Positions 1 through 10,031 of a stretch of DNA of 61,104 bases are shown here, piece after piece. This DNA is from an uncultured Bacilli bacterium. Lineage in GTDB: Bacteria > Bacillota_I > Bacilli_A > RF39 > UBA660. Below the pieces are notes generated by a model. It saw only the letters and a list, made by a program, of their open reading frames with translations, had not been told where the DNA came from and made no database searches. Numbering within the stretch: position 1 is the first letter of the stretch; each line of letters opens with the position of its first letter. Made by a program: the position numbers and the translations under genes. The stretch lies in NCBI GenBank assembly GCA_947598285.1, contig CANQFE010000002.1, forward strand, positions 1 through 61,104. Direction: 5' to 3'.

Positions 1-111
1 GCCAAAGAAAAAGATGTATTAAACTGGGAGATTCGCTAAGTATTCTCTTTTTTTTGTTGTAAAATCTCTTTTTCGTTGATATAATGAACTAGAGTAGGAG
101 AGTGACTAGAA

Positions 112-2382
112 GTGGATAAAAAAGATTTTCCGGAAGAGGATACTTTTGTCTCGATTGATGAAACAAAAGAACTAAATGATTTAAAAAAATGGAGTGAAGA
201 ACAAGAGGGTGATATTGAAACCCTTTATCAAGAAGATTTTGATGAAAATATGGAAGATTCTGAATTAGTTTTTAAAACTAAAATTAATACTGAAGAAGAA
301 ATGAAAAAAAATTTAGAGCAAAATGGGAAAAAATCTTGGATTTCTAAATTAAAGGATTGGTGGAAGAGTCTTGATAAAAAAAAGAAAATTATCATTATTT
401 CTTCTGTTGTTTTCGGAATCCTTTTAATCATTAGTCTTGTTGTTTTATTCTTTATACTTTTCAAACCGGCTGAAGAAATGATAAAAGAACCTGATGTTAT
501 TTTGGAAATGGATAATTATCGTTATGAAAATGGAAGCCTTATTTTTTTAGAAGATGATTTGGAACTAGGCTCTTATGAATGCCAAAATAAAGATGAAAAT
601 TTATGTGGGGTTGCCCTTCTTACGACTGATGATAAAATGGATACTGTAAAAAGGGTTGATGAAAAAGGAGAGCTTCTTTCTTTTCATTCTAAAATTTATT
701 TTCAAAAATATGTTTTTTTGAAAGATAGTAAAAAAGAAAGTCCAGAAGTTATCCTTTATGATATTGAAAATCAAAAGGTAATTGAAACAGCAGTAGAAGT
801 TTTACAAACTCCGGAATATGATGGATATTTTATTTTAAAAAATAATCAAGGGAAATATGAACTTCTTTCTTTATTGGAAGATGGAGTAAAAACTCTTATT
901 TCTTATGATTCTTCTTATGATGAAATTCATTTGATACCGGGAGAAAGTACTTTATCGATGGTAGCTGTGGCTCAAAACAACCATTATTATCTTGCTAATT
1001 TAGAAAATAAAATTTTAACAAAAGCCTTAAATGATCCAATTGTTGGAGCGAATAAAGAGCATTTAAAAACGAAAAGTGCTACTGGAAAGTATCATATTTA
1101 TGATTACCAAGCCAAAGAAATTAATGCTGGCTTTGAGATGGATTATGTTTATCTTTTAGATCAATACTTTATTTCTGTGTTATCACAATTCTTATATGTT
1201 AGGGATTATGATGGAGCATTAATGTCAGTAGAAAATATTTCACTTCATAATTCTCATTATAATGAAGTTGATACCATCAAAGATAATAAAGTGATAAAAA
1301 AGGAATTAGCATTAGATTATCAAGTGAATGATCATATTTTGAATTTAAATGTTCATCAAGGTGAAGATACAAAGAACTATTCGATTGATTTATATGAAGG
1401 AGCTCTTTCAAAAACACTTGCTTTTATGGATTATTTTAATGGTACATTATATTTTTATACCGATGAAACCAAAACAAATCCAATCGGATATTATCATTGT
1501 ACAAATCGTAATGAAGTGGGAAAAGACACCAAAACGTTAAGTACTTGTAAACCAGCTATGGATAGTGTTTTCCGACAGATTGAAGGAAATATAAAAGAAC
1601 AAGATGAGCAAAATGAAGGTATTATTCCTTTATTTGATAAAGAATTTGTTTTTATCCAAGATGGAGATACAATCGTGTTAGTCGATTTAACTAGTGAGAA
1701 AAAGGAAATTGCCCGTTATGAAAGTGTTGATACAACAACTTATACAGGTCGAACAGAACTCTTTTTATCACCAAGCGATAACCTTAATTTTATTGCTAAA
1801 TCAAAAACATCTGGAAAATTTGGGGTTGCTCAAATAACATCTTCAGGAATTAAACCAGTTATTTCATTTAACAAACAAGATATTAAATTATTAGGAGATT
1901 ATTACGTTGTAAAAGAAAATGATAAATACGCTTTATATAATAAAACTGGCGAAAAAGTTAGTGATGATCGAGTTGCTAAAATTGTTGATTATGAAGGAAA
2001 TTATTTGAAAACTTTAGATGGAACTAATTATTTTGTTTATCCTTTTAAGGGTGAAATTGTTACTGAAAAAGGATTTGATTATATTGAACTTTATGATAAA
2101 TATTATGCTGCGGTGTTCCAGGGTCGAGTTCATCTTTATTCTTATGCTGATAAAGAAGCGCAAAACGAGCTTTTAGTTACAGAAGAAAAAGAAAATGGTG
2201 TTGCTCTTTATGTTACTAATTATTATGATACAATGGGTAAAGTCTTAGCTTTTCAAATGCGTTTTGAAGGCAACATGGTGTATGTTAAAGTGGGTAGCTT
2301 AGATGGAAATTATTCAAAAGAAATAGGATATCCTCTTTCTGGTAGTTCTAGTTCTAGTAGAGATGAGGGTAGTGATGACTAG
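112..2382 (+). CDS. Membrane-anchored protein: acidic N-terminal region, one TM helix (KKKKIIIISSVVFGILLIISLVVLFFILF), large external region with repeated modules
   Basis: Long ORF with coding-like composition. Contains two copies of a Cys-bearing module (YECQNKDENLCGVA and YYHCTNRNEV...LSTCKPA) that recurs in the next ORF. The C-terminal part resembles WG-type repeats (GKFGVAQI, DKYALYNKTGEKV). No family confidently recognised. Confidence 0.6.
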   Translation: MDKKDFPEEDTFVSIDETKELNDLKKWSEEQEGDIETLYQEDFDENMEDSELVFKTKINTEEEMKKNLEQNGKKSWISKLKDWWKSLDKKKKIIIISSVVFGILLIISLVVLFFILFKPAEEMIKEPDVILEMDNYRYENGSLIFLEDDLELGSYECQNKDENLCGVALLTTDDKMDTVKRVDEKGELLSFHSKIYFQKYVFLKDSKKESPEVILYDIENQKVIETAVEVLQTPEYDGYFILKNNQGKYELLSLLEDGVKTLISYDSSYDEIHLIPGESTLSMVAVAQNNHYYLANLENKILTKALNDPIVGANKEHLKTKSATGKYHIYDYQAKEINAGFEMDYVYLLDQYFISVLSQFLYVRDYDGALMSVENISLHNSHYNEVDTIKDNKVIKKELALDYQVNDHILNLNVHQGEDTKNYSIDLYEGALSKTLAFMDYFNGTLYFYTDETKTNPIGYYHCTNRNEVGKDTKTLSTCKPAMDSVFRQIEGNIKEQDEQNEGIIPLFDKEFVFIQDGDTIVLVDLTSEKKEIARYESVDTTTYTGRTELFLSPSDNLNFIAKSKTSGKFGVAQITSSGIKPVISFNKQDIKLLGDYYVVKENDKYALYNKTGEKVSDDRVAKIVDYEGNYLKTLDGTNYFVYPFKGEIVTEKGFDYIELYDKYYAAVFQGRVHLYSYADKEAQNELLVTEEKENGVALYVTNYYDTMGKVLAFQMRFEGNMVYVKVGSLDGNYSKEIGYPLSGSSSSSRDEGSDD

Positions 2383-3337
2383 TCCTAAATTACAAAAAGC
2401 ATCTTTTTATACAATTCTTATTTTGCTTTTGCTTTTTTTACCGATTACAGGGTATAGTCTTTATTTAAAAAGTTTAAATAAAAAGCCTGCTACTTCTAAA
2501 GATAATGTGAATAAAGAAATGTATTTTGATGGTGCTTTATGGTTTTATAATAGTCAAGGTGAAATTTTAGGAACTTATCCTTGTCAAAATACTTATTGTA
2601 GTTACGCTGTTTCTTATGAGGAAGATTTTCATTATCCGCTTCTTACTCATCAAAGTGAAGAAGAAAGCTATTTACCTATTATTAATCAGCAATATGTGTT
2701 TATTTCTGATCATGAAACAAAAGATGATCACTCCGCTTTTTTATATGATATTCAAAAAGAAATTGCTTATAAAGAAATTACTTATGCTTCGATTCATCAA
2801 TATCAAATAGGAATTGAAGATAATCTTTTTATTGTAGAAGATCAAAATCATCATTTTGGTGTTTTACAGATTGATTCTTTTGCAAGTCCAATTCTTGAAA
2901 TTAAATATGATTATGTTGGTATGTTAGATCAGGTAAGTCGTAATAATAAAATCTTAGGAGATTATTTTGTGGTTTTAGAAGATGGTGAATGGAAAATTTT
3001 AGATCGAAATGAAGCAGAGCTTACTTCCTCTATCACAGAACCAATTGTAACTTTTAATGGAGAATATATTATTACTAATCAAGATGGTGTTTATCATGTG
3101 AAAGACTATCAAGGAAATAATATGATAGAAGAAGATTTTACTTATCTTTCTTTTGTTGATAAATATTTACAATGTCAAACTGATACTGAGCTTTATTTAT
3201 ATGATTTTGTAACGAAAAGTGCCATTAGTGAAGTTTATGAAATTAAAAAAAGTGATGATATTTCAGTAGAAGTAAATGGTGAAGAGATTCAAATTTTAAT
3301 TAATAATCGTCTTCAAGAAAGTATATCTTTGACTTGA
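2375..3337 (+). CDS. Membrane-anchored paralog of the external module of the preceding ORF
   Basis: N-terminal TM (FYTILILLLLFLPITGYSLYL). Motifs YPCQNTYCSYAV, YVFISDHE and FLYDIQKE parallel ORF 112-2382. ATG 2375 follows GAGGG and overlaps the upstream stop; the ORF track start 2363 is also possible. Confidence 0.6.
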   Translation: MTSPKLQKASFYTILILLLLFLPITGYSLYLKSLNKKPATSKDNVNKEMYFDGALWFYNSQGEILGTYPCQNTYCSYAVSYEEDFHYPLLTHQSEEESYLPIINQQYVFISDHETKDDHSAFLYDIQKEIAYKEITYASIHQYQIGIEDNLFIVEDQNHHFGVLQIDSFASPILEIKYDYVGMLDQVSRNNKILGDYFVVLEDGEWKILDRNEAELTSSITEPIVTFNGEYIITNQDGVYHVKDYQGNNMIEEDFTYLSFVDKYLQCQTDTELYLYDFVTKSAISEVYEIKKSDDISVEVNGEEIQILINNRLQESISLT

Positions 3338-3368
3338 TTTTCTTTCTTCTTCTTGATAAAATAGGAAT

Positions 3369-3565
3369 GGTTTTACGAAGAACTTGAGGAGTATAAAATA
3401 GATATTTTGAAAAGAGACTTTGGATTTGGTGAAACCAAAGAAATATCTTTTTAGAAGGTTATCAAGGGAGTAAAAATCGCAGAGATGCGTTAAAAAGAAA
3501 AGATAAAATAAGGATGGTACCGTCTTTTTCTAGACTCCTTTGGTATCATCTTTTTTCATTTTTTA
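3369..3565 (+). promoter_or_regulatory. T-box riboswitch leader (valS operon)
   Basis: T-box consensus-like AATAAGGATGGTACCG at 3507-3522. Terminator arms GATGGTACC (3513-3521) and GGTATCATC (3542-3550) followed by T6. Upstream promoter TTGATT (3334-3339)-17 nt-TGaTAAAAT (3357-3362). Candidate specifier GUU followed by A at 3458-3461 is not secure. Confidence 0.7.
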
Positions 3566-3583
3566 GAAGGGATTTGAAAGAAT

Positions 3584-4066
3584 ATGGGTTACTTAATTAT
3601 GCAAAATGGTGAAATTTATGCGGCTAAATATGGAGTAGATAGTTATTCTAAAATGGAGGAACAAGATATTTTAAGACAATTAGAAACGAAAGTAAAAGCT
3701 AAATATCCTTCTGTGAAAGTGGATACTTCAACATTTCCACTTAGTGAAAGTGATTATCAAAAAAAGGCCGAGCTTTTATCACTTATTTATCAAGCTATGA
3801 TTGTTTTGGAAAAGAAAAAAGAAGGCAAAGAAAGTTTAGAATTTTATTTTCCTTCTCATTTGATTGATGAACAAGTTGGTTTTTATGAACGGAATTATTT
3901 AAATAAAACCTGTCCAATGACGGCTTATCAATGTCAAGATTCACAATTTCTTCCAGTTTCCGTTGGCAAGTATCCTAATTATGAAATATATCTTCATCTT
4001 TTAGATACTTATAGTAATTTAGAAATCAGAAAGGATGATGAGTATGGAAATGAACGCAAAATATGA
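3584..4066 (+). CDS. Hypothetical 160-aa protein encoded between the T-box and valS
   Basis: Intact ORF with normal amino-acid composition, overlapping the valS start region. Weak RBS. No recognisable motif. Confidence 0.45.
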   Translation: MGYLIMQNGEIYAAKYGVDSYSKMEEQDILRQLETKVKAKYPSVKVDTSTFPLSESDYQKKAELLSLIYQAMIVLEKKKEGKESLEFYFPSHLIDEQVGFYERNYLNKTCPMTAYQCQDSQFLPVSVGKYPNYEIYLHLLDTYSNLEIRKDDEYGNERKI

Positions 4067-6563
4067 TCATCAAAAAGTAGAAGAAGGAAAGTATGATGAT
4101 TGGAAAGAAAAAGGATACTTTGAATGTGGGAAAAATCAAGGAAAACCTTTTACGATAGTTATTCCACCTCCTAATGTTACAGGCAAACTTCACTTAGGAC
4201 ATGCTTGGGATGTAACAATTCAAGATATTATGATTCGTTATAAGAGAATGCAAGGATTTGATGCTTTATGGGTTCCGGGAATGGATCATGCAGGAATTGC
4301 AACGCAGGCCAAAGTCGATAAAAAATTAAAAGAACAAGGAATTGAACCTCGGGAAATGGATAGAGAAGAGTGGCTTAAGGTCGCTTGGGATTGGAAAAAA
4401 GAGTATGCTAAAACGATTCATGATCAATGGGGAAAGTTGGGCCTTAGTTTAGATTATCGAAAAGAAAGATTTACTTTGGATGAAGGGCTTTCTTTAGCTG
4501 TTCGAAAAGTTTTTGTTGATTTGTATCAAGAAGGCCTTATTTATCGTGGCGAAAGGATGATTAATTGGGATCCTGTTGCGAAAACAGCTCTAAGTAATGA
4601 AGAAGTTATCTATAAAGATGTGGAAGGTTATTTTTATCATATTAAATATCCAATTGTTGGAACAAAAGAATATCTAGATGTCGCGACAACCAGACCAGAA
4701 ACTATGTTTGGTGATAATGCTGTGGCAGTGAATCCAGATGATGAGCGTTATCAAAAATATGTTGGTCAAAAAGTTTTATTACCTCTTGTCAATCGTGAAA
4801 TTCCTATTATTTTTGATTCTCATGCTGATCCTTCGAAAGGGACAGGTTGTGTAAAAATTACTGTAAATCATGATCCTAATGATTATGAAGTAGGAAAAAG
4901 ACATGATTTAAAAGGAATTACAGTGATTGGTTTAGACGGTAAAATGAATGAAAATGCTCTTCATTATCAAGGAATGGACCGGTTGGAATGCCGTGAAGCT
5001 TTAGTGAAGGAATTACAAGAAAAAGGGTATCTATTAGGAAAAGAAAAAATTGTTCATAGTGTTGGACATTCTGAAAGAACAGATACTCCAGTTGAACCTT
5101 ACGTTTCAAAACAATGGTTTGTTAAGATGCGTCCTCTAGCGCTTCGGGTATTAGAAAATCAAAAAAAGAAAGAAACAAAAGTTCATTTCTTACCAAGTCG
5201 TTTTGAAAAAATTATGAATCATTGGATGGAAATTACATATGATTGGTGTATTTCAAGGCAACTATGGTGGGGACATCAAATTCCTGCTTGGTATAAAGAT
5301 GATCAAGTTTATGTTGGAATGGAAGCTCCTAAAGAAGAAGGTTGGGTTCAAGATCCAGATGTTTTAGATACTTGGTTTTCTAGTGCTTTATGGCCTTTTA
5401 GTACTTTAGGTTGGCCAAATGAAACAGATGATTTTAAACGGTATTATCCAACTAACGTTTTAGTAACAGGCTATGATATTATTCCTTTTTGGGTAAATCG
5501 AATGACTTTCCAAGGCCTTCATTTTACAGGACAAAGACCTTTTGAATATTGCTATATTCACGGCTTAATTCGAGATAAGTTGGGAAGAAAGATGAGTAAA
5601 AGTCTAGGAAATGGAGTTGACCCAATGGATGTGATTCATGACTATGGAGCAGATTCTTTACGTTATTATTTGGCAACTTCAACGGCTCCTGGAACTGATT
5701 TACGTTTTGAAGAAGAAAAAGTACGAAGTTCTTGGAATTTTATTAATAAAATTTGGAATGCATCTCGATTTGTTCTTTTAAATCAAAAAGAAGTAAAATC
5801 TTTGATTCAGTATCGTGATAGTGATAAATGGATTTTAACTCGTTATGAAAAAACAGTGAAAGATGTTACGAAATATATGGATAAATATGAATTCCAAAAT
5901 GTAGGTAGTATTTTATATAAATTTATTTGGGAAGATTTCTGTGATCAATATATTGAAATGGCAAAATTCTCTTTGGAAGAAAGTGGTACGCAAAATACTT
6001 TGAAAAAAGTATTAATTGGTATTTTGAAAATGCTTCATCCTTTCATGCCTTTTGTTACTGATGAAATTTATCAAAAATTTGCAACAAAAGAAAATATTAT
6101 GATTAGTGATTATCCAAAATATGAAAAAGAATTTGTTTTCTTGGAAGAGGAAGAAGAAATAAATGATGTTATCTCATTTGTGAAGTTATTTCGAATGACA
6201 AAAGCTGAGCATCAAATTGGAAAAGAATATGCAGTTGTTTTGCAAAATGAAAAAGATTATTCTTTTCTAATGCAAATGCTTAAATGGGAAGGGCATCTAG
6301 CTGACCACGGATCTACAGACACTTGCTATAAAGTTATGTCTAAAAATTATTCAATCTTACTGTATGATGAAAAAGAAAGTACAGAAGAAGATGAATTAAA
6401 AAAACAAAAAGAAATTGAAACATTGAAAGCAAGTATTTTAAAACGAGAAAATCTTCTTGCTAATGAAAATTTCTGTAAACGTGCACCTGAAAAATTAGTC
6501 AAAGAAGAACAAGAAAAACTTTGTTTTGAAAAGAAAAGATTATCCGAACTTACAGATTTCTAA
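4044..6563 (+). CDS. valS: Valine--tRNA ligase
   Basis: Class I motifs PNVTGKLHLGHAW and GRKMSKSLGN. C-terminal coiled coil. Length typical of ValRS. Start ambiguous (ATG at 4035, 4038, 4044, 4050); 4044 is best spaced from AAGGA. Confidence 0.95.
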   Translation: MEMNAKYDHQKVEEGKYDDWKEKGYFECGKNQGKPFTIVIPPPNVTGKLHLGHAWDVTIQDIMIRYKRMQGFDALWVPGMDHAGIATQAKVDKKLKEQGIEPREMDREEWLKVAWDWKKEYAKTIHDQWGKLGLSLDYRKERFTLDEGLSLAVRKVFVDLYQEGLIYRGERMINWDPVAKTALSNEEVIYKDVEGYFYHIKYPIVGTKEYLDVATTRPETMFGDNAVAVNPDDERYQKYVGQKVLLPLVNREIPIIFDSHADPSKGTGCVKITVNHDPNDYEVGKRHDLKGITVIGLDGKMNENALHYQGMDRLECREALVKELQEKGYLLGKEKIVHSVGHSERTDTPVEPYVSKQWFVKMRPLALRVLENQKKKETKVHFLPSRFEKIMNHWMEITYDWCISRQLWWGHQIPAWYKDDQVYVGMEAPKEEGWVQDPDVLDTWFSSALWPFSTLGWPNETDDFKRYYPTNVLVTGYDIIPFWVNRMTFQGLHFTGQRPFEYCYIHGLIRDKLGRKMSKSLGNGVDPMDVIHDYGADSLRYYLATSTAPGTDLRFEEEKVRSSWNFINKIWNASRFVLLNQKEVKSLIQYRDSDKWILTRYEKTVKDVTKYMDKYEFQNVGSILYKFIWEDFCDQYIEMAKFSLEESGTQNTLKKVLIGILKMLHPFMPFVTDEIYQKFATKENIMISDYPKYEKEFVFLEEEEEINDVISFVKLFRMTKAEHQIGKEYAVVLQNEKDYSFLMQMLKWEGHLADHGSTDTCYKVMSKNYSILLYDEKESTEEDELKKQKEIETLKASILKRENLLANENFCKRAPEKLVKEEQEKLCFEKKRLSELTDF

Positions 6564-6576
6564 CTAAGTTAATATT

Positions 6577-6606
6577 AAACTCAGACTTTTATAGTTTGAG
6601 TTTTAA
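6577..6606 (+). terminator. Rho-independent terminator after valS
   Basis: AAACTCAGAC...GTTTGAGTTTT hairpin followed by a T-run. Confidence 0.6.
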
Positions 6607-6699
6607 TATATTTGAATTTATGATACAATATTAAATTGAAATTAAAATATTAAAAATACAAATTCTTATTGCATGTTTTAGAGAAATGAGGAAAAGAAA

Positions 6700-7584
6700 A
6701 TGTTTCAAGATATAGGATTAACAATCGATCATAACAGAATTAATTTTGAATATATCAAAGAAGAAGATAGAATCGTGATAAAAACTATTGATGAATTAAA
6801 AATAAATTCGGTTCTTAAAATTTTTTATGATGAGAATATATATGAAATTGAATTCGATAAAAATATTAAATTTGATTTGGGGAAAAGTGGAGAAATCTAC
6901 GTTCATTTGGATCATAAAAAATTAGTTTTTTCAATAACATTAAAAAGTAATTATTTTGTGAAAAGTGTTTATCAATATATCAATAAATTAATTCATAAAG
7001 ATATTTTAATTAAAGAAATTACTTTATTTTTAAATTCTAAAGTTGGGAAAAAGTATACAAAAGATTTGACTGATTTATTAGTATCTATAGAAAATAGTGA
7101 TAAAGATATAAAAGATTTAATTCTTCAAAATGAAGATGAATATAAAAGAATTTTTCATTTATTAATAAATAATAAAACATATGTTAATCTTGCTGAAAAT
7201 ATGAGTGATTTAGAATTAATGTTATTAATCACTTCATATATTTCTGTACCATTTGTTCCTAAAATTAGCCAAGAAAGTTTTAATGATTTAGTTAATGTGG
7301 CAAAAAGTTATGATCATGCTTTAGAAAGTATATGGCGTTTAGGTATGAATTTTGATTGTAAAGGATATGACTACCAATTATTAGATGATTTTTTTGTTCA
7401 TTCAAAAGATGCTTGGTATTTAAGTGAATACATAAATGGTGTTGAACAAGTAAAGCAAGATGTTATTGTGAACAAAATAATTAATACTGGTGATAAAGAT
7501 TTCATCAAACAAGTTTTAGATGATAATTTTATTGCGGAACATTTAGACAAAAAGTATAAGAACATTTTAGAAAAATATATATAA
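6700..7584 (+). CDS. Hypothetical protein (294 aa), very AT-rich gene
   Basis: RBS GAGGAAAAG upstream of the ATG. Long ORF. No recognisable motif. Confidence 0.55.
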   Translation: MFQDIGLTIDHNRINFEYIKEEDRIVIKTIDELKINSVLKIFYDENIYEIEFDKNIKFDLGKSGEIYVHLDHKKLVFSITLKSNYFVKSVYQYINKLIHKDILIKEITLFLNSKVGKKYTKDLTDLLVSIENSDKDIKDLILQNEDEYKRIFHLLINNKTYVNLAENMSDLELMLLITSYISVPFVPKISQESFNDLVNVAKSYDHALESIWRLGMNFDCKGYDYQLLDDFFVHSKDAWYLSEYINGVEQVKQDVIVNKIINTGDKDFIKQVLDDNFIAEHLDKKYKNILEKYI

Positions 7585-7684
7585 AATTATTCTTTTAAGC
7601 TAAAATTAAAGATTGATTTTTCAAAAAGTTTACAGTAGTATATATTGCAATTAAAGAGGTTTAAAAAAGAAAGAAGTTTGCTGA

Positions 7685-9913
7685 ATGAAAGAAGAACTTA
7701 AAGAAATTAAAAAGAAATATGGCGAAGAAATGGCTCACTTTTGTCGAGATCAGTTTGCAACACTTTTAGAAAAAGAAGGACTATTATCTTCGTTACTGTT
7801 TGAACATTTTGATGTAAGTCATGAATTATATAAAGATTTAAAGAATAACAATCTTTTATTTGGTTTTGTTCAGTATATTTATAGTTTTGCAGAAGAAAAG
7901 AAAAATTTTAAAAATGTTGATAAAACTCCTCAAGAACTTTTAAATTCTGTGGGTTATGAGTTATATGAATGTAAAACAGAGGGTGATATTCAAAAATTTA
8001 AAACATATTATGCCAAAGGAGAAGAACTATGTACTTTTCGTGGTGGAAGATTAAATATTTGTTATGTTTTCTTTGCTGTGAAAAAAAATGTGAATCAAAT
8101 TAAAAGAGAAAATTTTTCTCATCCTCAAAGACAAGACGAATATGGAACAAGTGTCATAAGTATTCAATTTAGTAAAAATACAAATCAATTATCTATAAAA
8201 AATAGATATAATCACACAGTAGATAATCCAGACAGTACATTTGGGAATAACTTAGACAATATTGTCGATGGTCTTACAGATGCTTTTCGAAAAATTTATG
8301 GACTTAAACAAAAAGAAATTCAAAGATTTGAAATTCCAGGATATGTTATGATAAATGGAAAATATTACAAATATAATTATGAAATTAATAATAATTACTA
8401 TTGTACGAATAATGTTTTTATTAAAAATGATCAAGTCATATCGTATCCCAAAGAAAGATATATTTTATTTGATTATTTCTTATTAGATTTAAGAGAAAAA
8501 AAGATCTGCTGTTTAGATAAAATTATAAATGATAGTTTTATTAATAGTATAGGAAAGATAAAAAATGTAAAAATAGAAAAAGAAAATGAATTTAAAAAAA
8601 TTATCATAAGAAATGAACATGAAAGTATTATAGAGATTGTTTTAAATCATGAAAATCAAATGATTAAATATTATAATAATGATGTAAAAGAAATTGGCAA
8701 TGATTTTTGTTATTATAATGAGACTATAGAAGAACTTTCTTTGCCTAATGTAAAAGTTATTTTAAATTATTTTCTGGGACATAATTTGGCTTTAAAAAAA
8801 CTTTTATTACCTAATGTATTAGAGATTAAAGATTATTTTCTTTGTCTGAATCAAATTTTATCAGATTTTGAAGCTTTTAAGTTAAAAACTATTGGAAATT
8901 GTTTTTGTGATGAAAATAACTCATTTAAAGTGCTAAATTTACCAAGTGTACAAACTATTGGAGATGATTTTTTACACTACAATCTATCTCTAGAAAAAAT
9001 TAGTTTACCTAGTGTTACGATGATAAGAAATGATTTTTGTTTTTGCAATCAAACATTAAAAAATTTTGAGGCACCCTGTTTAAAATATATTGGAAAAAAT
9101 TTTTGTCATAACAACCATTTTATGGAAAATATTTCTTTACCGAATGTTAAAATAATAGAAGAATGTTTTTGTTATCAAAATCAAGATCTTCGAAAAATAC
9201 ATTTGCCTAGTGTAGAAGTAATTGAATATGGTTTCTGTTTTGATAATGGATGTATAGAAGATCTTTTTTTGCCAAATATCCAAAATATAGGTTCTGACTT
9301 TTGTTTTCACAATCAAACATTAAAAAAAATTAGTTTGCCAAATGTTGTGCATATTGATAAAAATTTTTGCTATAAAAATGAAATATTGGAAAGTTTTGAA
9401 GCACCTAATTTGAAAAGTGTTGGAGATAATTTTTTGTGTTGTAATCAAAATTTAAAAATACTTAGTTTACCTAGTGTTATTAGAATCGGATGGAATTTTT
9501 GCCATAATAATGAAGATCTTTTTGAACTTTTGTTACCTAAAGTAGAGACTATTGGTGATTATTTCTGTAATTGGAATAATTCATTGACAGAACTTATTTT
9601 ACCCAAAGTGAAAACTATTGGAATTTCTTTTTGCTTTGAAAATAGGTCTCTTATACGATTTGAAGCTCCTAATTTGGAAACCATACATTGTGCTTTTTTA
9701 AAAAATAATCCTCGTTTGAAAATTTTAATAATGCCCAAGACTGGAAATGTAGAAACCAACCTAAATTTGCTATATGAAAGAATACCTGTAGATGTGTTAG
9801 TTTTAAAAGAAGAAGTGATGGCTAAAGATTATCCATTAATTTTGGAATATCAAAAAAGAAAATTAGAAGAAGAAATGAAAAAAAGAAATCAAGAACAAAA
9901 ACTAAAAAAATAA
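7685..9913 (+). CDS. Leucine-rich-repeat protein (BspA/TpLRR-like, Cys-rich repeats) with unknown ~330-aa N-terminal domain; no signal peptide
   Basis: About 16 tandem ~23-aa units of the form L-x-L-P-x-V-x-x-I-G-x-x-F-C-x-x-N-x-x-L. The N-terminus MKEELKEIKKKYGEEMAHF is hydrophilic. Confidence 0.8.
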   Translation: MKEELKEIKKKYGEEMAHFCRDQFATLLEKEGLLSSLLFEHFDVSHELYKDLKNNNLLFGFVQYIYSFAEEKKNFKNVDKTPQELLNSVGYELYECKTEGDIQKFKTYYAKGEELCTFRGGRLNICYVFFAVKKNVNQIKRENFSHPQRQDEYGTSVISIQFSKNTNQLSIKNRYNHTVDNPDSTFGNNLDNIVDGLTDAFRKIYGLKQKEIQRFEIPGYVMINGKYYKYNYEINNNYYCTNNVFIKNDQVISYPKERYILFDYFLLDLREKKICCLDKIINDSFINSIGKIKNVKIEKENEFKKIIIRNEHESIIEIVLNHENQMIKYYNNDVKEIGNDFCYYNETIEELSLPNVKVILNYFLGHNLALKKLLLPNVLEIKDYFLCLNQILSDFEAFKLKTIGNCFCDENNSFKVLNLPSVQTIGDDFLHYNLSLEKISLPSVTMIRNDFCFCNQTLKNFEAPCLKYIGKNFCHNNHFMENISLPNVKIIEECFCYQNQDLRKIHLPSVEVIEYGFCFDNGCIEDLFLPNIQNIGSDFCFHNQTLKKISLPNVVHIDKNFCYKNEILESFEAPNLKSVGDNFLCCNQNLKILSLPSVIRIGWNFCHNNEDLFELLLPKVETIGDYFCNWNNSLTELILPKVKTIGISFCFENRSLIRFEAPNLETIHCAFLKNNPRLKILIMPKTGNVETNLNLLYERIPVDVLVLKEEVMAKDYPLILEYQKRKLEEEMKKRNQEQKLKK
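8687..9785 (+). repeat. Tandem in-frame LRR-coding repeats (~69 nt unit, diverged)
   Basis: Periodic LPNV/LPSV...FC..N motifs in the translation of 7685-9913. Confidence 0.7.
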
Positions 9914-10031
9914 AATAACTAAAATATTAAGATATGCAAGTGTCATAATGAACTTGTGTTTTTTGTATGAAAAATATGTTTTATTCTGAAATATTTTCTA
10001 GTAAGATAAACAAAAGAAAGGAGAAAAAGAA

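Noticed and set aside
228-2810. Short overlapping ORFs 228-464(-), 1349-1540(+) and 2616-2810(+)
   Set aside because: They are embedded in alternative frames of longer, better-supported ORFs. Their Ile/Phe/Lys-rich products are expected by chance in AT-rich DNA.
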